Positions 11,929 through 21,986 of a DNA stretch of 64,000 nt are shown here, piece by piece. The first letter of the stretch is position 1; the number at the start of each line of letters is the position of its first letter. Origin of the DNA: a bacterium. Lineage in GTDB: Bacteria > Zhuqueibacterota > Zhuqueibacteria > Residuimicrobiales > Krinioviventaceae. The stretch covers positions 128,001-192,000 of the forward strand of contig CAXXMD010000003.1 in NCBI GenBank assembly GCA_963675755.2, in the 5' to 3' direction. The notes below the pieces were generated by a model. That model was not told where the DNA came from and made no database searches. It saw only the letters and a list, made by a program, of their open reading frames with translations. A program made the position numbers and the translations under genes.

Positions 11929-12951
11929 ATGAAAAAGACTATTGGAATTGTGGGTGCCACCGGTTATACCGGTGAAGAACTGCTCAAAAATTTAACAAAC
12001 CATCCTGATGTAACAGTGGACTTTGTGACCTCTGAAAAGGAATCCGGTCACCCCCTGTCAGATATCTTTCCTCATTTGCCTTTTTACAAAGATCTGACAT
12101 TTATTTCGGCTGAAGCTGCAACAAAAAAGCAGGTAGACTTGGTATTCCTTTGTCTTCCTGCCGGAGAATCTGTTAAACTAGCCCCGGATTTTTTAACACA
12201 AAACACAAAGGTGATTGATCTGGGTGCTGATTTTAGATTCAACAATGCTCAAGATTATGAAACCTGGTACCATATACAGCACAGCGCGCCGGTGTTACTG
12301 AACAAAGCGGCATACGGACTGCCAGAATGGTTCCGCGATCAAATTGCAGATGCTAAAATCGTTGGTAATCCCGGCTGCTATCCAACCACAGTATTAACAG
12401 CGGTACTCCCCTTGTTAAAAGAACATATACTGGCAGAAGGACCCATTATTGTAGATTCAAAAAGCGGAGTTTCAGGAGCCGGAAAATCTCCAAACAAAAC
12501 CACGCATTATGTACAGGTTAATGAAAATTTTACTGCCTACAAAGTCGGTCGAGTGCACAGGCATGTGGGTGAAATGGAGCACATTCTCAGTAGAACAGCC
12601 AAACATCCGGTGCAGGTGATCTTTACGCCGCACCTCACACCGCTTACACGTGGCATGTTTTCTACTATTTATGTAAATACATATTCAAAGCGTGAAACCC
12701 AGGATATTCTGGATATTTACGAACAATACTACAGTAACGAACCCTTTGTTCATGTACTACCGGGTATCCCGGATATTAAAATGGCCGCCAATACCAATTA
12801 TTGTTTTCTAGGTGCCCAATCTGTGCCCGAAACCCACACAGTCATTTTGTATTCTGCAATTGACAATCTTGGCAAAGGCGCAAGCACGCAGGCAATACAA
12901 AACATGAACCTGATGCTGGACATCCCCGAAACCACAGGACTGATACGATGA
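11929..12951 (+). CDS. argC: N-acetyl-gamma-glutamyl-phosphate reductase
   Basis: GATGYTG, GNPGCYPT, SGVSGAG, IDNLGKGA; start moved to ATG 11929. Confidence 0.97.
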   Translation: MKKTIGIVGATGYTGEELLKNLTNHPDVTVDFVTSEKESGHPLSDIFPHLPFYKDLTFISAEAATKKQVDLVFLCLPAGESVKLAPDFLTQNTKVIDLGADFRFNNAQDYETWYHIQHSAPVLLNKAAYGLPEWFRDQIADAKIVGNPGCYPTTVLTAVLPLLKEHILAEGPIIVDSKSGVSGAGKSPNKTTHYVQVNENFTAYKVGRVHRHVGEMEHILSRTAKHPVQVIFTPHLTPLTRGMFSTIYVNTYSKRETQDILDIYEQYYSNEPFVHVLPGIPDIKMAANTNYCFLGAQSVPETHTVILYSAIDNLGKGASTQAIQNMNLMLDIPETTGLIR

Positions 12952-13721
12952 AGCGCATATTATTAAAACTGGGCGGTCGTTCTTTTGAATCGCAGGAGGC
13001 ATTTACAGAACTGGCACAGGCAATACAAGCTGTTGATGCGCAGGTAATCATTGTACATGGCGGTGGTTCCGAAATCTCTCAGGCGCTCAAAGATGCGAAT
13101 CGGGAAACCCGTTTCATAGATGGTATTCGCGTAACCGAAAAAAAAGATATTGAAATTGTAGACAATGTGCTGTCAAATGTTATCAACTCCCGGATCTCTG
13201 ACTATCTTGAACAAGCCGGGGTAAAATGTACAGGCATGGCAGGCAAAACCAACGGTACATTGATTGCTGAACCCATACGTCGTCAGGATTATGATTACGG
13301 TTTTGTGGGCCAGATCAAAGAAGTGAATCCCGGTTATGTCTGGCAGCAATTACAAAACAACATGGTGCCGGTAGTCTCCCCCATTTCTGCGGATGAAGCG
13401 GGAAATAGCTATAATGTAAACGCAGATAGTGCCGCGGCAGCCCTTGCTGTAGGCTCGCAATGCACGGATTTGATCTATTTTTCAGATGTACCCGGAGTCA
13501 AGGCAAATGATGAAATTCTTCCATCACTTACCGCAGAACAGACGCAGGAGCTCATTGCTGAAGGGATCATCAAAGACGGCATGGTTGCTAAAATGGAGTC
13601 TGCTTTTTACGCGCTCAACGGAAATGTAGAGCGTGTGCACATTACCTGCTGGCAGGGCCCCAATACCTTGGCACAAATACTTGACCAATCCCATGCGTTT
13701 GGTACAACCATACATATTTAG
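12948..13721 (+). CDS. argB: Acetylglutamate kinase
   Basis: LKLGG, IVHGGG, NVNADSAA, SDVPGV, GMVAK. Confidence 0.93.
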   Translation: MKRILLKLGGRSFESQEAFTELAQAIQAVDAQVIIVHGGGSEISQALKDANRETRFIDGIRVTEKKDIEIVDNVLSNVINSRISDYLEQAGVKCTGMAGKTNGTLIAEPIRRQDYDYGFVGQIKEVNPGYVWQQLQNNMVPVVSPISADEAGNSYNVNADSAAAALAVGSQCTDLIYFSDVPGVKANDEILPSLTAEQTQELIAEGIIKDGMVAKMESAFYALNGNVERVHITCWQGPNTLAQILDQSHAFGTTIHI

Positions 13722-13728
13722 GATAAAG

Positions 13729-14925
13729 ATGAACACTAGAGAACTCATAGCAGCAGAAAAACAAACCATTCTGGGTACGTATACCCGTCCCGAATTTGTG
13801 ATCACTCACGGTAAAGATGTCTATCTTTACGATGCAGAAGGTCGTGAATATCTCGATTTTGTATCCGGAATAGCTGTTAACGCTTTCGGATATAGTGATA
13901 CAGACGCTAAAAACGCACTAACTGAACAGTCAGAAAAACTCTGGCACTGTTCTAATCTTTACTATACCGAACCCCAGGTAAAACTGGCACAATTTCTTGT
14001 AAAACATACATTTGCAGACAAATTATTCTTTTGCAACAGCGGTACCGAAGCCATGGAAGCTGCAATTAAATTTGCTAGAAAATGGGCTTCTTTGACAAAA
14101 GGATCGGACAACTATCAAATTCTTGCATTTAACCGTTCGTTTCATGGACGGACCTATGGCGGTCTCTCTGCAACCGGGCAACCCAAATTCTGGGAACACT
14201 TTGGGCCCATGCTTGAAGGATTCGACTTTGCAGAATTTAATGATATTGAATCTGTAAAAATTAAAATAACCGATAAAACCTGTGCTGTCATTGTAGAACC
14301 TGTACAAGGCGAAGGTGGTATTTATCCCGCTGATGTTGAATTTTTAAAGCAACTGAGAACCTTGTGCGATGAGCACAATACCCTCCTCATTCTGGATGAG
14401 ATCCAATGCGGTTTCGGTAGAACCGGCCACTTTTGCGCCTATGAAGGTTATGGAATACTACCGGATATTTTAACAGCCGCAAAACCCATAGCCGGCGGAC
14501 TTCCTCTTGGTGCGGTATTGTTGACAGATAAAATTGCCGAACACATAAAACCGGGAGACCACGGTACAACTTTTGGCGGCGGCCCCATTGTTACCAGTGT
14601 AGCCTTGAACATTCTTGAACGTATTGCAGAACCCGCGTTTCTGGAATCAGTTAGAGATAAAGGCAGCTATTTGCAGGAACAGTTATCCGCACTGCAAACA
14701 GAGTATCCTGAACTGATAGCAGTTCGCTCCAAAGGACTCATGTTCGGTCTTGAGATTCAAGGCAGCCCCCAGGATCTGATCAAAGCATGCACAGAACAAG
14801 GATTACTTATTTGCAAAACCGGCGGTAATGCCGTACGTTTTTTACCTCCATTGATCATAACAAAAGAGCAGATCGATGAAGGCCTGAACAAATTCAAACT
14901 GGCTCTCGACAGTTTAAGAGGATAA
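13729..14925 (+). CDS. argD: Acetylornithine aminotransferase
   Basis: NSGTEAMEAAIK, SFHGRT, EPVQGEGG, DEIQCGFGRTG, TAAK, HGTTFGG; start moved to ATG 13729. Confidence 0.93.
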   Translation: MNTRELIAAEKQTILGTYTRPEFVITHGKDVYLYDAEGREYLDFVSGIAVNAFGYSDTDAKNALTEQSEKLWHCSNLYYTEPQVKLAQFLVKHTFADKLFFCNSGTEAMEAAIKFARKWASLTKGSDNYQILAFNRSFHGRTYGGLSATGQPKFWEHFGPMLEGFDFAEFNDIESVKIKITDKTCAVIVEPVQGEGGIYPADVEFLKQLRTLCDEHNTLLILDEIQCGFGRTGHFCAYEGYGILPDILTAAKPIAGGLPLGAVLLTDKIAEHIKPGDHGTTFGGGPIVTSVALNILERIAEPAFLESVRDKGSYLQEQLSALQTEYPELIAVRSKGLMFGLEIQGSPQDLIKACTEQGLLICKTGGNAVRFLPPLIITKEQIDEGLNKFKLALDSLRG

Positions 14926-14926
14926 A

Positions 14927-15388
14927 ATGGTAAGACAGGCAAAAATACATGATGTACCCGAGATTGTTACACTGATCAATAGTTACGCACAGCATGGCGT
15001 TATGCTGGGACGTTCACAAATACAAATTTATAACGCATTGCGGGATTTTGTTGTCATAGAAAACGATGGGCATATTCTGGGTGTTGGTTCATTATCCATT
15101 ATCTGGAAAGACCTTGCCGAAGTACGATCCCTTGCAATTGCTCAAGAGATGCATGGAAAAGGATTAGGCAAACAAATTGTAGAATATCTGGTTCAACAGG
15201 CACGAGAATTAGAACTTCCGCAGGTTTTTACACTTACCTATCAACCGGAATTCTTTAAAAAAGTGGGTTTCAGCTTGATTGATAAAAAAGAGTTGCCCCA
15301 TAAAGTGTGGAAAGACTGTATAAATTGCCCCAAATTCCCGGATTGTGATGAAATTGCACTTATCCGCTATCTCGATCAAGAGAATTAA
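14927..15388 (+). CDS. argA: Short GNAT N-acetyltransferase, probable N-acetylglutamate synthase
   Basis: LAEVRSLA, GKGLG, LTYQPEFF, LPHKVWKDCINCPKFPDCDEIA; last gene of the arg cluster. Confidence 0.75.
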   Translation: MVRQAKIHDVPEIVTLINSYAQHGVMLGRSQIQIYNALRDFVVIENDGHILGVGSLSIIWKDLAEVRSLAIAQEMHGKGLGKQIVEYLVQQARELELPQVFTLTYQPEFFKKVGFSLIDKKELPHKVWKDCINCPKFPDCDEIALIRYLDQEN

Positions 15389-16271
15389 GCTTATCAATCA
15401 ACCAGGGATCATAATCAGAAAAAGATTCGGTCCCTGCGTTCACTATCCCCTCTTCAGTAATCAACCCCGTTAATAAATCCAAAGGTATTGTTTCAAAATA
15501 TCGATTTATAACATTGACAGGTTTGGGTTTTTCTCTCCAAACTTCTTTTTCCGGCTTTTTACTTTCCTCAGGAAGCAAATTCAAATCAGGCACCCTTTTC
15601 AAGCTGGACGCAAGTGCATACACCGGCTTGTCAAAATGTCTGCATAATAAACACAATGCCAATGTACCGGTCTTGTTGATAAAATACGAATGATCAAATG
15701 CATCCGCTCCAATAACAACACAATCCGCCTCTTGTACTGCTTCACCCATTGCCGCATCCGTATACAAAGACACGGGTATGGACAGCTGCGTCAATTGTTC
15801 AGCGGCAGTTCTGCCCTCATAAACCGGGCGGGATTCAGTTACAAGAACCTTTATAGATTTATCCATAGCGGCATGTTCAATGGCGTTCATCACGACACTA
15901 CTGCGGCTGTATGTTAATAGCGTATTATGAGGTTTTACCAGTTGTGTGAATCGTTCGGCAATAACTTGTTTTGCCTGAACAGATTGTTCAACAACATGGC
16001 CAATTTCCTGTACAATGATTGATTTTAAATGGGGTATATCAGATTTCAGCGAGGTTTTTATCAGCACCCGGTTGACCAGGTTTAAAAGAGGCGCCATACG
16101 CGGCTGGGCTTGAATCAAATCAAGCCCGGCCTTTTGTATAGCGTTAATAAATGTATCAAGAGGACATTCTATATTAAACTGATCGATCGTTTCGGTTAAA
16201 TACTGTGCTGATTTATTCAGCAATTCATCTGCACCTGAAACGTGATCATTTTGAATATCCGTCAAATTCAA
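15360..16271 (-). CDS. eIF-2B / ribose-1,5-bisphosphate isomerase-like protein (IF-2B family)
   Basis: SGA, QPRMAPL, LTYSRSS, ESRPVYEG, IGAD, NKTGT, NRYFETIP, ITEEG. Confidence 0.85.
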   Translation of the reverse strand: MNLTDIQNDHVSGADELLNKSAQYLTETIDQFNIECPLDTFINAIQKAGLDLIQAQPRMAPLLNLVNRVLIKTSLKSDIPHLKSIIVQEIGHVVEQSVQAKQVIAERFTQLVKPHNTLLTYSRSSVVMNAIEHAAMDKSIKVLVTESRPVYEGRTAAEQLTQLSIPVSLYTDAAMGEAVQEADCVVIGADAFDHSYFINKTGTLALCLLCRHFDKPVYALASSLKRVPDLNLLPEESKKPEKEVWREKPKPVNVINRYFETIPLDLLTGLITEEGIVNAGTESFSDYDPWLIDKLNSLDRDSG

Positions 16272-17794
16272 ATAAAGAATACCAATGTTGCCAAAATAAA
16301 TACAGGAATCAGAATTCCAAATGACCAGGCCATGTATCCAAAAAAGCTCGGCATTTTCAATCCAGTTTCTTCAGCAATAGAACGTACCATAAAGTTGGGG
16401 GCATTACCAATATAGGTGTTAGCACCCATAAATACAGCACCGGCAGAGATAGCTTTAAGATAAATTGCATTCTCTGCAATCAAGCTTGCAACGGCCTGTG
16501 GTTCAGGCATACCTGAATAGAAATTACCCAAAGCAGTATTCAGGAATGTCAGGTATGTAGGTGCATTATCAAGAAAACTAGAGAGAGCACCAGTTACCCA
16601 GAAATAATGCCAGGGTTCTTTAACGGCTTCAATGATAAATGCCATAGCACCATTATGACCCGCTTTTAAAATTGCCAAAGCAGGGATAATACACATAAAA
16701 ATACCGGCAAACAAGTAAGCAACTTCCTGAATGGGGAACCATGTAAATTCATTTCCTTCGCGAATTTCTTTTTTGGTGGTTTTAAGAGACAATACAACCA
16801 TCAATACCAGAATTACATCACGTAAAATATTCTGCCATTGCATATGTACACCCAAAACGGTTACAGCACCCAATTTTACCAAACCACTCATCAATACAGC
16901 GGCAATAATACCACCAAGGAAAATAAAATTATGAGTACCACGCAAACGTACAGGTACGGTTGCAGAAGTATCTTCTACAATTGTACCGGCTTTCTTTTCT
17001 TTGTTATAAAGAATTGAATCAACTGCAAAGAAAATTCCCAACAGTATTACAACAACAAAAATCATATGCGGTAAAATATTCATAGTCCAGAAAAATGGCA
17101 CATGGTGCAAAAATCCCAGGAACAATGGTGGATCACCCAATGGGGTCAATGCGCCACCAATATTGCTCACCAAAAAGATAAAGAAAATCACAATATGCAT
17201 ACGATTTTTACGGTTAGAATTGGCTCTCAATATAGGACGAATCAATACCATTGAAGCACCGGTAGTTCCAATCCATGAGGCAACCAAAGTACCAATAAGT
17301 AAGATCACCAGGTTGGTGGTTGGTTTACCCTTTATAGAACCTTCTACAAGTATACCACCAGCAGCAGTATACAATGCCCATAAAAGCACAATAAAAGGAA
17401 TATAATCAATTAAATAAATATGAAAAATCTCATACAATGCATCACCGCCATATGTAATCACAAAAGGGATAGCAAATAGCAAAGCCCAAAATGCAGATAC
17501 TTTGGGAAAATGATGGTGCCAGAATTTTTCAGCAAGCAATGGAAATAATGCAATAGATAATAATATACCTACAAATGGTATTACACTCCATATTGGCAAA
17601 ACTTCACCTAAATTCGTTCCATGATGTCCACCGCCGTGTGCTTCTTGCCCGGCATCAGACATATGGGCTTCATGTGCAGCTGTTTCGCTGCCATGAGATG
17701 CATCTGCGTTTCCGTGGTCTGTATCGGCGGCAAAAACAACAGCGGCTATCATCATAATGGCGAAAACTGCCAAATAAAACAATCTCTTGTTCAT
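16268..17794 (-). CDS. Ion-transporter superfamily membrane protein (sodium:proton antiporter / CitMHS_2-like)
   Basis: Many transmembrane helices; IGTTGASM, SNIGGALTPLGDPPLFLG, SSFLDNAPTY, TYIGNAPNFMV; His-rich N-terminal stretch. Confidence 0.85.
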   Translation of the reverse strand: MNKRLFYLAVFAIMMIAAVVFAADTDHGNADASHGSETAAHEAHMSDAGQEAHGGGHHGTNLGEVLPIWSVIPFVGILLSIALFPLLAEKFWHHHFPKVSAFWALLFAIPFVITYGGDALYEIFHIYLIDYIPFIVLLWALYTAAGGILVEGSIKGKPTTNLVILLIGTLVASWIGTTGASMVLIRPILRANSNRKNRMHIVIFFIFLVSNIGGALTPLGDPPLFLGFLHHVPFFWTMNILPHMIFVVVILLGIFFAVDSILYNKEKKAGTIVEDTSATVPVRLRGTHNFIFLGGIIAAVLMSGLVKLGAVTVLGVHMQWQNILRDVILVLMVVLSLKTTKKEIREGNEFTWFPIQEVAYLFAGIFMCIIPALAILKAGHNGAMAFIIEAVKEPWHYFWVTGALSSFLDNAPTYLTFLNTALGNFYSGMPEPQAVASLIAENAIYLKAISAGAVFMGANTYIGNAPNFMVRSIAEETGLKMPSFFGYMAWSFGILIPVFILATLVFFI

Positions 17795-18046
17795 TTTATT
17801 ATCCGGTCCTTTCCTGTAATGATTTATTTATGTATAAACTAAACGATAGTTAGCATAAAATGTAATAAATAGTCATCTTTTTTCAAAGTAATTAATTGTA
17901 CGCTTGTATGGTGCAATTTTTACCTTATGGATGGCTAAATTAGCTATATCAATAAAAAATCATATTCACAACACACTAATTTCATTGATGTTACACAGCA
18001 ACAGCGCAACAATGAGATTAAAATGACAAAAATTATACCATGAAAA

Positions 18047-19291
18047 TCATAGGGCTTGAATTATAGAATGGACTTTATCATCAGTTAGGTAGGGTTGAAC
18101 AATATTGTACCAAATTCCGTCTCTGGTATATTGCCCGGAATTCAAACCTTCAGGATCAATACTCTTAAAGAATTCAAGCAATTCTAGGCTCCAGGGCAGG
18201 CCACGGTTCTGTAATAATCGTTTAAAATCCCAGTGTTTTGCAAATTTTTGAATCAAATCGAAACTCCAGGGCAGTGTTTCACGAGCGCTCAGCTTTTCCC
18301 AATCCCAAAAATCCCGATATGCAGAGATAAATGCTTCTGTCCAGGGAAAATCGTCACGGCAACTAAACATTTCCCAATCCCAGCGTTCCAGGTACGTTTC
18401 AATCAATTCCCGGTCCCATTGAATACCTGCGTTTCCGCTCAGGTATTTCCAGTCCCATTTGTTTTCATAACGCTGAATAAACTCCGGGGTCCATGGTAAG
18501 GCACGATTATAACTCAGCCACGTCCACTCCCATTTATCTGCATGCTCCAACACAAATGCCTCGGTCCATGGCAAACCTTCGTTTGCGCTCAAACAATCCC
18601 AGAATAAATGCTCACGATATTGAGATAATATAGTTTCATTCCAGGGCAATGCTGGATTGTAACTTAGCGATGCCCAATCCCAATGGTCTCGATATTCCCG
18701 AATCAGCGTATCGCTCCAGGGCAGAAACTCGTTCAGACTCAGGTTTTCCCAGTTCCAGCGATCATCAAAACGGTCAATCAAGCTATCGCTCCAGGGCAAT
18801 GACCTGCGACTGCTTAACAATCGCCAGTCCCATAATCCTGCAAAGTGTGCAATACTGGTTTCATTCAGGGGTATACGTTCGTTTTTACTCAATGCCGACC
18901 AGTTGAACCTGTCACTGTAACGCTCCAACAGAGAATCACTCCAGGGCAGTTCAGGGTTTGCAGAAAGCCCGGCCCAACCCCATTCCCAGCGTCCCCAGTC
19001 CCAACGATTTTCATAACGTTCAAGCAAACTTGACGTCCAGTTGATTCGAGGATTATCACTAAGCAATTGCCAGTTCAACACGGTTTTATACCGCTTTATT
19101 AAATCATGAGTGAGTGGATATTCACGTGATAAAATATCAATAAACACACGCGGATTTTGGATGAGAAACTGCTCCAGCTCGCTGGTATCATGTTGTATCA
19201 GATGCTGAGCTATTGCTATAGAAGTGTCTGATCGCTTTAATTCCTGGCGATCCACGGGAACCAATGATTTAAACGATTCTGAATTATGCAT
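18047..19291 (-). CDS. Trp-rich ~23-aa tandem-repeat protein of unknown function
   Basis: About 13 repeats of consensus WDW..LS.N..LPW...LI..Y.D. Confidence 0.85.
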   Translation of the reverse strand: MHNSESFKSLVPVDRQELKRSDTSIAIAQHLIQHDTSELEQFLIQNPRVFIDILSREYPLTHDLIKRYKTVLNWQLLSDNPRINWTSSLLERYENRWDWGRWEWGWAGLSANPELPWSDSLLERYSDRFNWSALSKNERIPLNETSIAHFAGLWDWRLLSSRRSLPWSDSLIDRFDDRWNWENLSLNEFLPWSDTLIREYRDHWDWASLSYNPALPWNETILSQYREHLFWDCLSANEGLPWTEAFVLEHADKWEWTWLSYNRALPWTPEFIQRYENKWDWKYLSGNAGIQWDRELIETYLERWDWEMFSCRDDFPWTEAFISAYRDFWDWEKLSARETLPWSFDLIQKFAKHWDFKRLLQNRGLPWSLELLEFFKSIDPEGLNSGQYTRDGIWYNIVQPYLTDDKVHSIIQAL

Positions 19292-20198
19292 GCGCGCGGG
19301 TTCTTAGAATGTGTATTTCTTTCATCAAAGACTGGCGAATAGTTTTAAAATAGTGGTCCCAGTCTTGTATTCCGTTCATGGTACGGTAGGTATCTGATTC
19401 TTTAAGTTTAATAATTTCTTTATTGAGGGCTTCGATACGTGTTTGCAGCGTAACAATAATGGCTTTCAACTTGTCCATATCAGTAATCTGATCAGATTTG
19501 ACTGTCATGCCTCCTTTTTCCAGCATGGCCAGAATATCTAAAATCCGTTCCAGATCATTTTCTTCATAAGCCTGTTTTAAATCAATAAACGTCTGCTGTG
19601 CCTGTTCTTTAAATTCTTCAGCAACAACATCAGGGTGACAGAGTTTGCTAGCACGTAAAAATGCCAACCGCAAGTCTTTATGACGTTCAGGGGTTAATAT
19701 GGGTATTTCCTGGGGATCAACGCTGTCAAGAATGGTCTTGTACTGTTCAAATTCCTGATCTGCCTTTTCTGACCAGTCCTGTGGAGTATTTACCTGCACC
19801 GGTTTTACTTTTCTTCGTAAATCCAGTACTTCAAGAATATATTCACCCAACTCTGTCTGATAATTGGTATAAAAGTGGTGGATCATCCGTTCAAGATCCA
19901 CTTTGACACTCTGTTTTTCCGCAAGCTTGATTTCCAGAGCTTTTACCTGCAGTCTCAATGCAGGCAGTTCGGCAAAGGGAGCATTATTTAGACGAAAAGG
20001 ATAATTAATAAATTCATCAATCAGCCGGGTTGCCTGAACAAATTCGTAACGATCAAGACATTTAATAATAGGCAAAAGGCTGTTATCTGAACTGGCTTTT
20101 TTTATTTTCTCAACCTGTACGCGTACCAAGTCAAGCTCACCCAATACTATGAGATTTTTCAATACTTCGAGACGTTTTTGCAGTTGAGAATCTATCAT
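19284..20198 (-). CDS. Coiled-coil protein with internal J-domain
   Basis: LRLAFLRASKLCHPDVV...AQQTFIDLKQAY is a J-domain with HPD; flanked by coiled coils. Confidence 0.8.
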   Translation of the reverse strand: MIDSQLQKRLEVLKNLIVLGELDLVRVQVEKIKKASSDNSLLPIIKCLDRYEFVQATRLIDEFINYPFRLNNAPFAELPALRLQVKALEIKLAEKQSVKVDLERMIHHFYTNYQTELGEYILEVLDLRRKVKPVQVNTPQDWSEKADQEFEQYKTILDSVDPQEIPILTPERHKDLRLAFLRASKLCHPDVVAEEFKEQAQQTFIDLKQAYEENDLERILDILAMLEKGGMTVKSDQITDMDKLKAIIVTLQTRIEALNKEIIKLKESDTYRTMNGIQDWDHYFKTIRQSLMKEIHILRTRAHA

Positions 20199-20260
20199 TT
20201 TACCATTTCAGTTAATAATCTATATACTAGACATTTTAAAAATAAAATTCAAGCAGAATC

Positions 20261-21031
20261 TCAGTAGGTCAAAACCAACCCGGTAGACAACCGGGTATCC
20301 ATATCTTTAATATGGTCAGGGGGTTTCTTGTCATATCTCATTTTAAACGTGGTTACCAAAGACAACGGACCTGCAATGACGACTTTAAAATTGGCTTCAC
20401 TCAAAATACGGATATCATTCATATCCGTAAACATGGGTTGAAAATAAGTGGTCCAATGCCCCTGTAACCGGCTGTTGAAATTGATATTCATGGCAAAATA
20501 ATTATTCCAGCGAGCAACTGTGGTTTCATCCGGGTGCAAACTGCCTTCGGGCAGATCGAGCTTTTCATATTCATACATGTAGGACGTTCCGCACACAATG
20601 GAATTCTTTTCATTACGGAAAATAGCCGCGCGCACACCTGCACCTGCCAGGCGTCTGTCATCCAGTGAACGTGATTTGTTATAGTCCATTTGGAAAAACG
20701 TTTCGGGCTGCCACCAGGCTTTAATTTCAAATATCTGCCGTAAATGCACCAGACCTTCATTAGAATATTGCAAGTCTCCCTGCCAACGCTGGTCACCTTC
20801 TATGATAATAAACGAGTCCATGCGTTTCCACTTGAAATCACTGCTGCTTGAAATATCCACCTCTTGCGCGTCAACATTCCCGGTCCTTGCGGAATAAGAT
20901 ACTTTCAAGTAACCATCCAATCCTTCATGCTGTCCCGCTTTGCGGTATTTTTCCACATTAACCTGTGCAAAAACCCATCCTGTCGCAAACAATAACATTC
21001 CAAAAACCAGTAAATGAAAATGCTTTTTCAT
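20261..21031 (-). CDS. DUF481-like outer-membrane beta-barrel protein
   Basis: Signal peptide MKKHFHLLVFG..VFA, then QVNVE, TGN, alternating beta strands, terminal GLVLTY. Confidence 0.75.
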   Translation of the reverse strand: MKKHFHLLVFGMLLFATGWVFAQVNVEKYRKAGQHEGLDGYLKVSYSARTGNVDAQEVDISSSSDFKWKRMDSFIIIEGDQRWQGDLQYSNEGLVHLRQIFEIKAWWQPETFFQMDYNKSRSLDDRRLAGAGVRAAIFRNEKNSIVCGTSYMYEYEKLDLPEGSLHPDETTVARWNNYFAMNINFNSRLQGHWTTYFQPMFTDMNDIRILSEANFKVVIAGPLSLVTTFKMRYDKKPPDHIKDMDTRLSTGLVLTY

Positions 21032-21041
21032 ATTTTTCTCC

Positions 21042-21986
21042 TCAACTTGCATCCCATATTTCTAAAATATTTTCAAGGGCGCTATTTACATCCAACTGCT
21101 CCAGATCCAGCCAGTGTATCCGCTGATCTTTGCGGAACCAGGTCAATTGTCTTTTTGCATATCTTCGTGAATTTCGTTTAATCAACCTGATCATTTCATC
21201 AAATTCCAGTTTACCATCAAAATGATCATATACTTCCTGGTACCCCACCGTTTTCAAGGCATTTAATTCAGGTCCCCATCCTTTTTTTTCAAGATCCCGG
21301 ACTTCATCAAGCAGCCCCTCCTGAATCATCAAATCCACCCGCAAGTTAATCCGGTCATACAATAGTTTGCGGTCTCTTTGTAAACCAATAAAAACAGGTT
21401 CAAACTCGCAAGGTTTTTCATCCCCTTTTCGATATTCGGAAATGGGTTTTCCTGTTAAATCATAAATTTCCAAAGCCCGCACTACCCGTTGCATATCATT
21501 GGGATGCAAGCGTTCCGCACTTTTCGGATCAACCTTACGTAAAGCTTCCAATACAGCTTCCTGTCCTTGCTCGCGTATACGCTGCCGCCATTTTTCTTTA
21601 ACATCAGGATCAGACATTTGGGGGGCAAACAGTCCATCAACCAGTGCCTGAATATAAAATCCTGACCCACCGGTTACAATGGGGACGGTATTTCGCTCAA
21701 AAAGCTCCCTGACACATGCTCTGGCCTCACGCCCGTATTCCCCTGCGCTGTAGAATTGATTAGGATCGCGGATATCAATAAAATGATGCGGAACACGTAA
21801 AAGTTCATCCCGGGTGGGTTTTGCAGTACCAATAGACATGTAGCGGTAAACTTGTCTGGAGTCAGACGAAACCACTTCTCCACCCAATTGCTCGGCAAGT
21901 TGAAGCGAGAGTTCTGTTTTGCCCACGGCAGTGGGGCCTACCAGTATAATTGCCTTATGTGCGCTCAAACCGTTTGTCCAGTTCAT
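21042..21986 (-). CDS. miaA: tRNA dimethylallyltransferase (true start may be TTG 21968)
   Basis: GPTAVGKT, DSRQVY, IGTAKP, GGSGFY, RRYAKRQLTWF; directly after mutL. Confidence 0.97.
   Translation of the reverse strand: MNWTNGLSAHKAIILVGPTAVGKTELSLQLAEQLGGEVVSSDSRQVYRYMSIGTAKPTRDELLRVPHHFIDIRDPNQFYSAGEYGREARACVRELFERNTVPIVTGGSGFYIQALVDGLFAPQMSDPDVKEKWRQRIREQGQEAVLEALRKVDPKSAERLHPNDMQRVVRALEIYDLTGKPISEYRKGDEKPCEFEPVFIGLQRDRKLLYDRINLRVDLMIQEGLLDEVRDLEKKGWGPELNALKTVGYQEVYDHFDGKLEFDEMIRLIKRNSRRYAKRQLTWFRKDQRIHWLDLEQLDVNSALENILEIWDAS

Noticed and set aside
17800-18046. Riboswitch upstream of the transporter
   Set aside because: AT-rich, with no recognisable aptamer consensus or expression platform
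18047-19291. CRISPR-like DNA periodicity (recurring CCAGGGCA)
   Set aside because: Explained by the LPW codons of the 23-aa protein repeat
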